44,174 nucleotides of DNA, from positions 1 to 44,174 of the forward strand of contig CALSCO010000261.1 in NCBI GenBank assembly GCA_943704415.1. Direction: 5' to 3'. The translations under genes were made by a program, and so were the position numbers. This DNA comes from Parvularia atlantis. Lineage: Eukaryota. The notes below the pieces were generated by a model, which saw only the letters and a list, made by a program, of their open reading frames with translations, was not told the DNA's origin and ran no database searches. This document shows positions 1-11,473 of the stretch, in pieces (within the stretch, counting starts at the first letter, position 1; each line of letters begins with the position of its first letter).

Positions 1-2446
1 GGCGGCGTGTCGTACAGCGGCGCGTGCGTGCAGACGACGACCACGGTGTTCAACTACCTGCTGCAGTGGTGCCTCACGCCGTCGGTGCGCGGCGCCCGCC
101 TGCTTACCTTGCGCCGTCTCATGCGATGCGCGCCCGCGCACATCAGAGCTCGTTCGCGTACTGCGGCGCACAGCCGGTCAACAACACGGAACTGCCATCC
201 GGTGCCCCCACGTCGTCTCCCAGTGCGTCGATCGCTGCTGCGAGCACGGTGAGTTGCTGACGCGTGCCGTGCGCACAGCGCCCGAGGGTGAAACGAGTGG
301 CAACAGCGCCGTCGTGGGTGCTGCGGTCGGCGCCTCGTTCGGCTTCGTGGCCATCGCGGGCATCCTGTTTGCGGTGATCTGGTTCACGCGACGCAAGCCC
401 ACGCCCAAGAACGCGTACGAGAGCGCCGAGTCGACCGTCAGCATCGCGCCGTCGGCCCTGCCCGCGGGCTTTGGTGGCGCCGGCCTCACGCAGACGAGCG
501 CGACGCACATCACACAGACGCACGTCTCAACCATGGGCTCGACCAAGGTGCATGGGCGCAGGCGTGTGTGCTTGGCGCTGTGTGCTGATGCGGCGTGTGC
601 GCGCGCAGCTCTCGGGCTCGTCGGGCAGCAACACCAACACCAACATCTCCGGCGGCCAGCAGCAGCACTCGATATACTCGGTCGGCAACACCAAGACGAG
701 CGTGTCGTCGGGCGGCAGCGTGCGTGATCGTCGTGCGCGGGCAGCTTTGCTGGGCTCACGCGCGTTGCACAGGGCGGCTACCGTCCCGACTTCCAGGGCC
801 GCATGGCCAACGTGCCGCTGCCGCTGTCCGGCGCGGGCGGCGCCGTGGGCGGCACGGAGATGACCGTGCTCAACACGCAGCTCGGTGCGTGTGCGCCCCT
901 CAGCGAACGCTCGTGCGCGGCTGCTGACCTCCCGCCCGCCCGCCCGCCCCCTCCGTGCACAGAAAAGTCGCTCCCGGGCTTCCTGATGCTCTCGGACCTG
1001 TCGTCGCAGATCCGCCTCGGCCGCGTGATCAACGCTGGCGCGGCCGGCACGCTGTACGAGGTGCGTGCGGCGGCAGCGGTGGCACAAGCGGCATGGCCGG
1101 TCGCTCACGCGGTGCCACAGGGCTTTGTCGTCGACCCGAACCTGCGCGCGCGTGCCGGCGAAGAGCGCGTGGCCGTCAAGACCGTGCGCTGTGCGTTACG
1201 CGCGCGCTGCCGCTGCGGCTGTTGCTGCTCACGCGGGTGCAGACCCGAACCACACACCCGAGCAGGCACTCGAGGCGTTCCACCACGAGATCACGGCGAT
1301 GTGGTCGCTGTCGTTCCACCCGAACGTCGTCAAGCTGATCGCGTTCGATGACGCAACGACGAGCATGGTGCAGCCGCTTTACGACGTGCGTCCGCGTGTC
1401 TCGGTTGCTGAGGCCGGCCGCGCTCAGCCAATGTGCGCGCGCGCAGGGCGACCTCGACAACTTCCTGCACAAAAACCCGGACCGCCTCAACCTTGACGAC
1501 GTCATGCGGCTGCACCTGATTGTCTGCGTCGCCAAGGTGCGCACGCAGGGCAGATGGGCGCCAGGCAGGGGCTGACGTCGCCGCAGGGCATGGCCGAGAT
1601 CCACAACCTCGGCATCGTCCACCGCGACCTCAAGTGCGCCAACGTGCTGCTGCGCTGGCTGCCGCAGCTGGACCTGCCCGAGGTGGTCATCATCGGTGCG
1701 GCCGCACGGGCTGCGTGAGCTGCTGGTGGCGAGGTGCTCACGGCCGGCCGGCCCGCGCAGACTTTGGTATCGCGCGCATCGCCGAGAACCACAAGGTCGC
1801 GGGTCGGCGCGAGTTTGACATGTTTGGTCTGTCGCCGCGCTACGCCGCACCCGAGGTGCGGTGCGCCAGCGCGAGCTCGTGCGCGGACCTGACGCTCGGG
1901 GGCGCGCGGTAGGCGTTCGCGCGGTACTACATGAAGGACCCGGAGGAGCAGTCGACCGAGCTGCAGAAGAAGTCGGACGTTTACTCGTTCGGCGTCATGG
2001 TCTGGGAGATCCTGTGCCGGCGCATCCCGTGGGACGGCATGACGTGCGTGGGGCTCTTTGCGCCGAGCAACCGACTGACACGCGTGTGCACACGCAGGGC
2101 CGAGCAGATCCAGATGAATGTGCGGTCGGGCGTGATCCTGCCCGCGCCCGCACAGCCCATGACACCGAACGTCGTGCAGGTGTGCAACGCGGCCTCGCCC
2201 CGCCGCCCGCTGCCCGGCGCTGATCGCCTGTTGCGTGCGCGCAGTTGGCGATGACGACGCTGTGGCGCGCGTGCAGCCAGATGGACCCGCAGGGCCGTCC
2301 GGGCTTTGCGCTCATCGTCGAGAAGGTGCGCCGGTCGCACACGCGCCGCGCGTCTTCACGCGGACGGCGCGCAGCTCGGCGTGGTCGTGCGCGAGCTCAA
2401 CAACCAGCTGCTCAAGACGCAGTTCGACCAGAAGCAGCGCAAGTGA
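1..2446 (+). CDS. Single-pass receptor-type protein kinase, TKL-like (5' truncated, multi-exon)
   Basis: TM helix VVGAAVGASFGFVAIAGILFAVIWFTRRK (about 310-397). Spliced kinase motifs INAGAAGTLY, VAVKT, HPNVVKL, HRDLKCANVLL, IIDFG, PRYAAPE, KSDVYSFGVMVWE, DPQGRP. Stop TGA 2444-2446. Confidence 0.9.
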
Positions 2447-2678
2447 TGGCCGGCGCGTGCCTGTTGCGGTTTTCTTTTCCTTCTTTTCTCCCTCCCTTCC
2501 TGTTTGTCCCCGCGCACTCTCGGTCAGTTCTGGAACTCGCTGCATCGCAGACCGGTGGGGCTCTGGGCGCAGACGAGCGAGTGCGCGCACGCAGCAAGCA
2601 CAGCAATCGATGCACATCTGGCACACACGCAGCGCACATCACGCATTTCGCAGTGCGGCGGCCGGCCGCGTGGCCACG

Positions 2679-5147
2679 ATGATCACGGCGCTTGGCTGGG
2701 TGCGGCGCGGCGTGGCGCAGCGCAACCCGCAGCGCTTCGAGCCGAGCCCGGACCAGCTGGCCGAGCTGACGGCGCAGGCCGACGCCGACGCGGCCGCCTT
2801 CGAGCGCGGCGGCGCGGGCGACGACGACGACGAGGGCGAGGGGGACGAGTGGGAGGACGAGGACGACTCGGACAGCGACGACGACGACGACGACGAGCAG
2901 CAGCAGGGCGAGGGCGAGGGCGAGGACGCGGATGCCGAGGCGGAGCAGGGCATGGATGCCGACGCCGACGGCGCGGACGACGCCGAGCCGGCCGCGGCCG
3001 CTGACGCGATGGATACGGACGACCTGCGTGAGTACAACCTCGACACGTACGACGACGAGCCGTCGGGTGCGCGGGCGTGCCGCTCCCCCAGGTGACCGGT
3101 ACGCTCACTGCGCCGCCCGCCCGCAGACCTGAACATCTTCGGCTCGCTCAAGGGCCTGCAATACTACCCGAGCAACTCGCAGGACCCGTACATCACGCTC
3201 AAGGACGAGGCCGACAGCGACCCGGAGGAGGACGACCTCGTGGTCGAGCCCACCGACAGCCTCATCCTCGCGGCCAAGACCGAGGACGACATCAGCCACC
3301 TCGAGGTCTACGTGTACGAGGAGGCCGAGGAGAACCTGTTCCTGCACCACGAGCTGCTCCTGCCGTCGCTGCCGCTCTGTCTCGAGTGGATGAGCTTCAA
3401 TGTGAACGAGCCGAGCTCGGCGGGTGCGCGTGGCAGCCCGGCTGTCGCACGCGTCCTGAGCACTGGCTGCGCGCAGGCAACTTTGTCGCCATGGGCACGT
3501 TCCAGCCCGAGATCGAGATCTGGAACCTGGACGTAATCGACGCGCTGTACCCGTACGCGACGCTCGGCAAGGCGCCCGAGGGCCACAAGAGGCGCAAGAA
3601 CAAGGTGCAGCGCGTGCGGCTTGACTGCCCGCGCGCCTCACGCCCCGTGGCCCGCAGGTGCATGCCGACTACCACACGGACGCGGTGCTCGGGTTGAGCT
3701 GGAACAAGGCCCACCAGTGCGTGCGGCGTGCGCGGGGGCGCGAGCACGCCGGGCCGACGCACGTGTGCGCAGAAACATGATGGCGAGCGCCTCGGCCGAC
3801 ACGAGCGTCAAGCTGTGGGACATGGCGCAGACCAAGTGCCTGCGGTCTTTCACGCAGCACGGCGACAAGGTGCGTGCGCACACACGAGGGTGGAGACTGC
3901 TGACACGCAGAACGACGTGCGTACGGCACAGGTGCAGTCGGTGGCGTGGAACCCGAGCGAGACGACGGCGCTGCTGTCCGGGTCCTTCGACAAGACCGTC
4001 AAGGCACGTACGCATGCGCCCGCAGATGCCAGCGTCTGTCGCTGACCGCACGCAGGTCATGGACGTAAGAGCACCGGGCGAGGTGCTGTCGTGGGCGGTG
4101 ACGGCGGACGTCGAGACGAGCAAGTGGAACCCGTTCGCGCCGCAGCACTTCCTCGTGCGGTCGACGCGCACTGCCCGCTTGCGCGTTGCTGACGGCCGGT
4201 GTGTGCGCGCACAGGTGAGCACCGAGGATGGCCTGATCACATACTTCGATGCGCGTGTCTCTGGGTGCGTGCGGCGCCGAACGCACCTTAGTGCTCGCAG
4301 CTCACCGCGACGCGCAGGTCGCGGCCGCTGTTCACGCTGTCGGCGCACGAGGACGCCGTGTGCGGCGTCGAGTTCAACCCGCTGGTGCGCGCGTGCAGCG
4401 GGGCGACGGGGAACACGCACTGACAAGCGCGATGCGGACAGATCCGCGACTGCCTCGTCACGTGCTCGTTCGACAAGACGGTCAAGCTGTGGGACCTCGA
4501 GGGCCAGCGGCCGTCACTCGTGCACACGCGTGACATGGGCCTGGTACGCAGCGGGCCCGGTTTGCGGAGGGCAGGCTGACGCGCGCCGCTTGCGCAGGGC
4601 AAGCTTTTCTCGTGCAGTTTCTGCCCCGACTCGCCCATGGTTGTGGCCGTGGCGGGCGGGAAGGGCAAGGTGCGTGCGCGCGGACGCTGATGGGCCTCGC
4701 CTGACCTCGGCGCGCAGATCGAGGTGTTTGACGCGGGGCAACTCGCGCCCGTGAAGCGCCAGTTTGGCGCGCGCATCGACGCAGCTGTGGCCGCAACGGC
4801 CGCCACGCCCACCGTACACGCGGTCGCAGCAGCAGCAGCAGCAGCAGGCGCACCTGGGCCTGCCAAGGGCAAGGTGCGCGTGCTTGCACGGTGGGCCCGC
4901 TGGCGTGACTGACGCGGGGCGTTCGCACAAGGCCGCGTTCAAGCTTACGGACCGCCTCACGGCCGAGGCCACCGCGCGGCTCGACGCCCAGGCGGCGCTC
5001 GCGGCGAGCCCGTCGCCGGCCACCGCGTCGGATGCCGGCACGAACGGCGTCGGCAGCGGGAGCAGCGGCGGCAGCGGCGGCGGCGGCGGCGGCGGCAAGA
5101 AGAAGAAGAAGAAGAGCAAGGCCCAAGATGGCATGTCGAGCAAATGA
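2679..5147 (+). CDS. PWP1: Periodic tryptophan protein 1 (WD40, ribosome biogenesis), multi-exon
   Basis: N-terminus [13 protein letters not shown], acidic tract, [73 protein letters not shown] repeats. Confidence 0.93.
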
Positions 5148-5302
5148 TGAATGGTTTGCCTTTCTACAAGTGAACGCGCTGTGCGCTCACTTGCGCCGCA
5201 GCAGCGAGCGACCATGTCGCAAAACTGAGGGATTTCGCCAGTTGTAGATCTGGGAACGCCATTACTAACCGCGCACACATACGCCCGCGCCTGCCGCCTG
5301 CA

Positions 5303-7754
5303 ATGGCGGACGCGCGCGCTGTCACCGATGTCGCGGCTGCGGCCGCCGCGGGCGACTGGGCGGCGGCGGCGGGCCACCTGCGCGCGCTGGCCCGTGCGGA
5401 TCGGCCTCGCGTGCGTGTCGCAAGCCGTGCGCATCGTGGTTGCTCACTGGTCGCGGTGCAGGTCGCGTACAACCTCGCCGTTGCGCAGTACCGCGCGGAT
5501 GGGCGCACCGATGCGCTCGCGGCGCTGGTCGGCGGCGTGCCCGAGGCGCACAAGGCCGCGGCGCACTGCGCCCTCGCGATCGCGCACTACCGGCAGGGGC
5601 GGCTGGACGCGGCGCGGGGCGTGCTTGAGCGGCTCGTGCCCGCGCTGGACGCGGTCGACGACGACGTCGCGCTGAGCGCCTCCCTGCTGCTCGTCGAGGT
5701 CGCGCTGCGGCAGGGCGACGTCGAGCGCGCGCGCCAGGCCGTCGCGCTCACCGAGCAGCGCTTCTTGGGACTGCTGGCCGGCACGCGCGCCCGCGAGATG
5801 CCGTGCGACGTCTGACCGAGCGCATGCGCGAAACAGAGGGCGGCAAGGGCGCGCACGGCACTGCTGACAACGACGAGGACGAGGACGACGCGAACGAGGA
5901 CGAGGACGGGGGCGCGGCGTCCGCTGCACCTGCTGTCGCCAGCGTCGCCCTCGGCAACGTCGCGCTACTGCTGCACCTGTACAAGGTGTGCTGTGCCTCG
6001 CCGCGGCGGCCGTGCTGACTGACCGTGTGCGCGCACCAAGGCCCGCCTGTCGCTGCAGATGCGCTCGCTGCGCCAGGCGCGCCGCGAGGTCAAGGCCGCG
6101 CTGGCCATCGACCGGCGCAACCCGACGGCGCTCTTCCTGAAGGCACGCAGCCAGCTGTGCGCGCCAAAGTGCCAAAGCTCCCGCGCAGGCCTACGCCGAG
6201 TGTCTGCGGCACAACGCCAAGAAGAGCGTGCGCATACTGCACATCACGCAGCGCTCGTCCGCGGCCGCCACGTACGTCTGCGTTGTGCGGTGCCCGCTCA
6301 CTGACACTACGCACGCGCGTCAGCTCATCGCGCGCCATCTACATCAGCAACCTCGGCGGCGTGTACTTGCAGCAGCGGCGATTCGCGGCGGCGACACTGC
6401 TGCTGCATCAGGCCGCAACGGGAGGTGCGCCCATTGCGATGCACCGCGCGCCGTGCGGGACCGACACAGGTTTCGCCTCAGGCGCGTCTGAATTGCAGCA
6501 GTTTCAGCTCGGCGCATCCCCGCTGCTGCCGAGCGCGCCATCACCGGCGACGTGGGCAGCGTTCCAGCTTGGCACAGCGCTCGTGCTGCGCGGCGCCGGC
6601 GCGGACGCGTTGCGCGTGCTGCTCGACGTGCAGGCCGTCAGCGATAGCTTGCTCGTGCGTCTGCGCCTGGGCGAGGCCACGCTGCTCGTGCTCGACAGCG
6701 ACAGCGCGCCGGTGCGGCCGCATCTCGCATCCGTGTGCGCGCGCGCTGCTGACTCACGCTGCCGCCCCACAGACCGTCGCTGCAGTCGCCGCGCTGTTGC
6801 GCAAGCACGGCCACGCGAGCAAGGACGACGCCATCGGTGCACTCGCGGGCTTTGCGGCCGTATGCTTCGAGAGCGTCAGCGCGGCCGAGGCGAATGTGCC
6901 GGGGCTGGCCGAGCTGCGTGTGGCCGCGCACTGCGGGTGCGGGTGCGCCGTCTACTGGCGCTGGCGCTGATGCGCGGTGCACGCCAGCCTCGCCCGCGCG
7001 TGCCTGCGAGTGCGACGGCTGGACGACGCGATTACGCACGCGGCTGCCGTGCTCGGCGTGGGCGGCGGTGGTGCCGCGAGCAAGCGTCTGCACGGCTACC
7101 TCGCGTGCGCCCGGCTTGCGTCCTTCGCCGTGCTGTGCTGACTGCCTTCACTCAGTGACGCCGCGCTCTGCGTCGCGCACGCCTGTGCGGCGCTTGGTCG
7201 AGCCGCGGACGCTGTGCCGGTGCTGAACACGCGCATCCAGGTGCGTGTGACGTGCCGGGACTGCTGCGAGGTGACGCACGATCGCCGGCAGGAAGTCGAG
7301 GCGAACGGGTACGAGGCCCTGCGCGCGTCCTTGCGGCTGTGCCTGGCGGCGGTACTCGCTCACCTGGGCCGTCACGCCGACGTGCTGCGCGTGCTGGACC
7401 CGCTGCTGGTGCCGCACCAGCCAGGTGCGCTGCGGTGCTGGCGCGCGCATCAGGCGTGCTTACGGCGTGCGCCGTCCAGCGCCGCCGGCGTGGCTCGACG
7501 TGCGCAAGGGCGCTGTGCCGCCGTGGATGGCAGCGAGCTATGCGCCGTCCGTGCGCGTGTCGCCGGCGGTGGCAGACGCGCCGCAGCGGTTGCAGGTGGT
7601 CACGCTGTACGTTCACAGCCTGCTGCACGTCGGTGCGTGCGCAAAGGCTGCCTGTTGTCGTGCGCGCATGCTCACAGCGCACGCAGGCGAGAGCGGGCGT
7701 GCGCTGGACGTGCTGCGCGCAAACCGACACGAGACAGGCAGCGCGCAGTGGTAG
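5303..7754 (+). CDS. CNOT10: CCR4-NOT complex subunit 10-like TPR protein, multi-exon, divergent
   Basis: VAYNLAVAQY; LHLYKARLSLQMRSLRQARREVKAAL..ALFLKAYAECLRHNAKKSVRIL; SNLGGVYLQQRRF; LLVRLRLGEA; C-terminal LYVHSLLHVGESGRALDVLR. These follow the CNOT10 motif order. Some internal exon boundaries uncertain. Confidence 0.75.
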
Positions 7755-7784
7755 TGCACACGCACGAATGTGCTGTACAAACGT

Positions 7785-10700
7785 TTACAGGCCCCCAAAC
7801 TCGCTCATGGCTGCCGCCGCGCGCGTGAACACGTCGACGCGCTCGCGTGCCCGCCTCCGCTGCTCGTCGACCGCGGGATCCTCGCGCAGCAGCTCGTCCA
7901 GCTGGGCGTCGTCGCGGATGAGCTCGGTGCGCAGTCTGTCTCGTACGCGCGCGTTCAGCGGTTGCGTTGCGGCGGCGGGCTGTGGCGCACCGCCGGTGCA
8001 GCTCGCGCTTTATGAAGTTGACGAGGTAGCACATGATCGCCTTGGGCACGGCGTCCTCGATCGTGCGCCGCACGATCACAAAGTACGCGATGATCAGTGC
8101 GCCTGCCGCACCACAAGTAAGCGTGCTGCACAACCGAGCAGCTGCGCACATACGCAGAATCTCGATCTCGGCGCTCTCACGGTCGGTCACCTGCGCCTGA
8201 ACGATGCGTTGCGCATTGTGGGGTGTCAGCAGGCAGCAAGGCAGCACGACGGCGCTGCCGCACTAGCGTCGACGTGATGGCCGCGGCGGTCCCGTCCGTG
8301 ATCGCCGGCTGCGTGGCCGAGCGCGGCCGCTGCACCTGCGCACCGTTAATCACTGCAAAGCACCCGGACACGCCGCACCGGCTCGCCCCCGCCGCTGACG
8401 CCGAGTGCGCCGAAAAGCATGCCGAGCAGGTTGCCGCCGCTGCCCGCGCCACTGCACCGTGTCGTGCGGGTCAGCGCAGGCAGCACGGGCAAAGCGCGTG
8501 CGCGCACGTCTGCTTGGAGGCGGCGAGCACGGTCTGGTGCCGCTGCGTCGCCTGGTAGGCCACGGCCTCGGGCACAAAGTCGCGGTGCTTGGTGTTGATG
8601 TGCGCGAGCTCGATCTGCGCATGGACGGCTGAGCGACGCGGCCGTTGTGCAAACGCGCAGGCGCACGTCGATCAGGCTGTCGATCATCGCGACCGTCGGC
8701 CCCAGGCCCTCCTTCTGCAGCGCGGCCGCGAGCTGGCCGATGCGGCGCTGCAGCTCCGGAAAGCGCACAAGGTCCTGCTGATGGCGTCAGTCGCGCGCGT
8801 CTGATGCGCGGGCGGGCGGGCGGCGCACCCGCGGCTGCGCCTGCACGACGATCTTGGTCACCTCGTCCGACACGAGCTGCGCGCACTGCCGGCTCGGTGC
8901 GCGCAGGCGCTCCAGCTGGCGCTTGACGAGCGTCTCGAAGGCGGCGTCCGGGATGAATAGCGACTGCTGTGCGCCCTGCGAGCCCATGCCGCGAACCGCT
9001 CAGCAGCGCCGCAGTCGCTTGCACTGCGTACGCACGCCGCAGTTGCGCAGCGCCATGCGCAGGTCTTGCGTCGTCAGGCCCGCGCACGGGTCCGTTTCCT
9101 CGAGCTCCCTCTGAAAGCGGTCACGGAAGATGCTGGCGATGCGCGCGCCGCCGACACTGCGTTGCGCGCGTGCGCGTGTGACTATGAGGCGCGCACGCCG
9201 TGTCTGTGCGTACATCTCGTTGCCGCCCAGGTCCGCGCGCCCGTCGATCAGCGCGGCAAACACGGCAGCGAAGGCGTCGATCTGCTGGAGCAGCGCGGCC
9301 ATCTGCGCCGCCGCGAGGCACGTCAGCGAGCGGTTGTTGTTGGCACAAACGCGGCGGCGCACCTTTTGCGTGCGCGACTGCACCGGCTCGCCGTACAGGA
9401 GCATGCGACGCTGCGCCTGATCGAGTTGCTCGTGCACGCGCATGCGAATCGTCGGCAGCTGGGCGTGGATGCTGCTGACGAGCAGCTGCGCAGGCCAGTC
9501 AGCGACAACGACAGCGTTGCGCGCGCGTACCTGGTTGAGCTCGCGCGACAGGTTCGCCGTGCCGCAGCGGTGCGCGATCGGGGCGTAGGCCGGGTGCGCG
9601 CGGAAGTACTTCTCCTCGGCCAGCAGCGACTCCCTGGCGTGCGGCGTCAGCGCGCCCGAGAACGCATGCTCGTCGCGCCGCACGCACTGCAGCGACCGCC
9701 CCGCGCGCGTGTCGTGCTGGCTGCGGTTGACAACGCCGACAAAGCCCAGCCGCAGCGGCACCTTGCGCCCGGCGAGGATCTCGGCCGCGTCCGTGCCGCG
9801 GTCCATCAGGTCGAGCTTGGTCAGGACGCCGATGGTGCGCTCCCCTGCGCCGCGCGGCATGAGGCGGCTTTGCTTGCGTGTGGCAGGCTGCGCACCGTCC
9901 GGGTCGAGCTCGGCTGCGAGGTTGAGCGACTCGGAGTTGGCGATGTCGACGTTGGCCGCCGAGACGGCAAGGATGATGCTGTTGGGCTGCTGGGCGTACC
10001 TGACGACGAGGTCGCGGATCTGCCGCGCGATGTTGGCAGGCTGGTTGCCGACGGGGATCTATGGTGTGTACGCGAACGGGTCAGCGACCGTTTGTGCACA
10101 CACGACGCCTCGGACGCACCTTTGTCAGCCCGGGCAGGTCCACGAGCGCGAGCGTGACGACCTTGGGCGAGCGGATCGTGAGCAGGATCGGTTCGGCGCT
10201 GATGGCCTTGGCCACGCCGCACTTGCGGTTCGTCTCCTGCGCGCGCCGGTGAGCATGGGCCGTTGCACACGCCGTCCGTGCCGCCCGCGCGCCTCCTCGA
10301 TCTCGCGCCGCATCTGGCCAAAGTCGTAGAAGCGGCGGCTCGGGACGTGCGCAAACTCGCCGTACTCCTCTGCGCGCGCGCCGGGTCGTTTCGGTCGTGG
10401 CGCAACGGTCGCCCGGCCGCCACCGACCTTGCGACTGCGGCGTGTGCACGAGCTGCAGCACGAGCGGGCGCCGCGTGACGATGTCGGCGCCGCGCGGCAG
10501 GAAGTCGCGCCCGACAAAGGCCTCGAGCACGGAGCTCTTGCCGGCGCTCTGGCTGTGGCGGATGCGGCGCGCGGCGTGTTGGGTGACTGCTTTTGCGGCG
10601 CGTACGCGTCCAACGCGCCTGCCCACGACGACGATCGACGGCAGCTGCAGCGGGTCGTCCTGCAGCGAGTCGGTGATGCCCTGTGCGGGCCTCAGTGCGG

Positions 10701-10787
10701 CGCGCGCGCGCACAGGCCAGCCTGCCAGCGGCGCACCCGCAGCTTGTTGAGCGCGACGATCAAGCGTGACGCGTCGCCGCTCGCCAT
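7785..10787 (-). CDS. DNM1L: Dynamin-related GTPase (Drp1/Dnm1-like; Vps1 not excluded), multi-exon
   Basis: LPSIVVVGSQSAGKSSVLE (P-loop after splicing), RDFLPRG.DIVTRRPL, LVDLPGLTKVPVG, RTIGVLTKLDLMDRGTD, GED YFVIVRRTIEDAVPKAIMCYLVN. No PH or PRD domain. Confidence 0.88.
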
Positions 10788-10795
10788 CTCTTCGC

Positions 10796-11055
10796 CGAGC
10801 ACCACAAAGGGGTAGGTCCTGGTAAGCACAAAATACACGAGGGCCGGGTACATCTCTCTGCGACTCGAGGGGGGTGCCACCTACCGACGTGGTATCAGGT
10901 CGGGTTCAGTCTTGGCGCCGGCGCTTGGGCTGCTGGCCGTTGTCGTTGGCAGGGCGGTCGCGGCACTGGGCCGCTCGAGGCCGCTCGAGGCCGACGGCGT
11001 GCAAGAAGACGGCCGGCACGCGTTCATATGTCCCTTGACCATGTGTCGCTGCACG
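10796..11055 (+). ncRNA. Putative structured ncRNA or element, copy A of an unrecognised two-copy family
   Basis: Eight colinear motifs shared with 43827-44038. Stems CCTGGTA..CAC/GTG.TATCAGG, CATCTCTCT/AGGGGGGTG, CGTGCA/TGCACG. G-U pairs favour the + strand. Ends approximate. Confidence 0.55.
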
Positions 11056-11473
11056 GTGAAGGATGCCGTGAACGGACTTGACGCCCGACGTGTAGTACGA
11101 CGGGCTGGCTGTTGACGTGAAACGATGGCGCGCTCATCCTTCTCCCCACAGCGCCGCCAGAATCGCACACAACGCCACAGGCAACACAAACAGCATCCCT
11201 GGCACCCGCACAGCAAGCGGCGAGCCGCACGGTGGGCCGCACGGGCCACACGAGCCGCCCGCCCGCCGCGACCCGCCGTCACGCATCCTCCGCCATGCTG
11301 GCACGCGCGGCCGTCCACCTAGGCGCGTACGCCATGATGGAATACGCATGCGTACACGTAAGTGCATTAGTGTATGCTACCTGTGTACAAATGTTGTTAC
11401 TCAGCTGGCAAATGAACGTGAACTTAGGCTGAGCCGGCCGAAGAAAACAAGGAGGGTTGTACATAGGGGGGCT

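Noticed and set aside
2810..3000. GAC/GAG-rich repeat
   Set aside because: It encodes the normal acidic N-terminal tract of PWP1. It is not a CRISPR array or satellite.
10890..10898. TGGTATCAG resembling the tRNA-iMet primer-binding site of LTR retrotransposons
   Set aside because: Not preceded by an LTR ending in CA, no gag/pol nearby, and copy B reads TGGTATAGG.
10878..10910. Minus-strand CTGA..ACCCG..ACCTGAT..GTAGG resembling a TPP riboswitch
   Set aside because: Lacks CUGAGA and the P5/UAAU loop, copy B lacks ACCUGAU, and the adjacent genes are unrelated to thiamine.
10912..11115. ORF with HAFICPLT..VKDAV resembling a U-box start
   Set aside because: The rest of the U-box (GHTYER..I..W) is absent, and the ORF overlaps the structured element.
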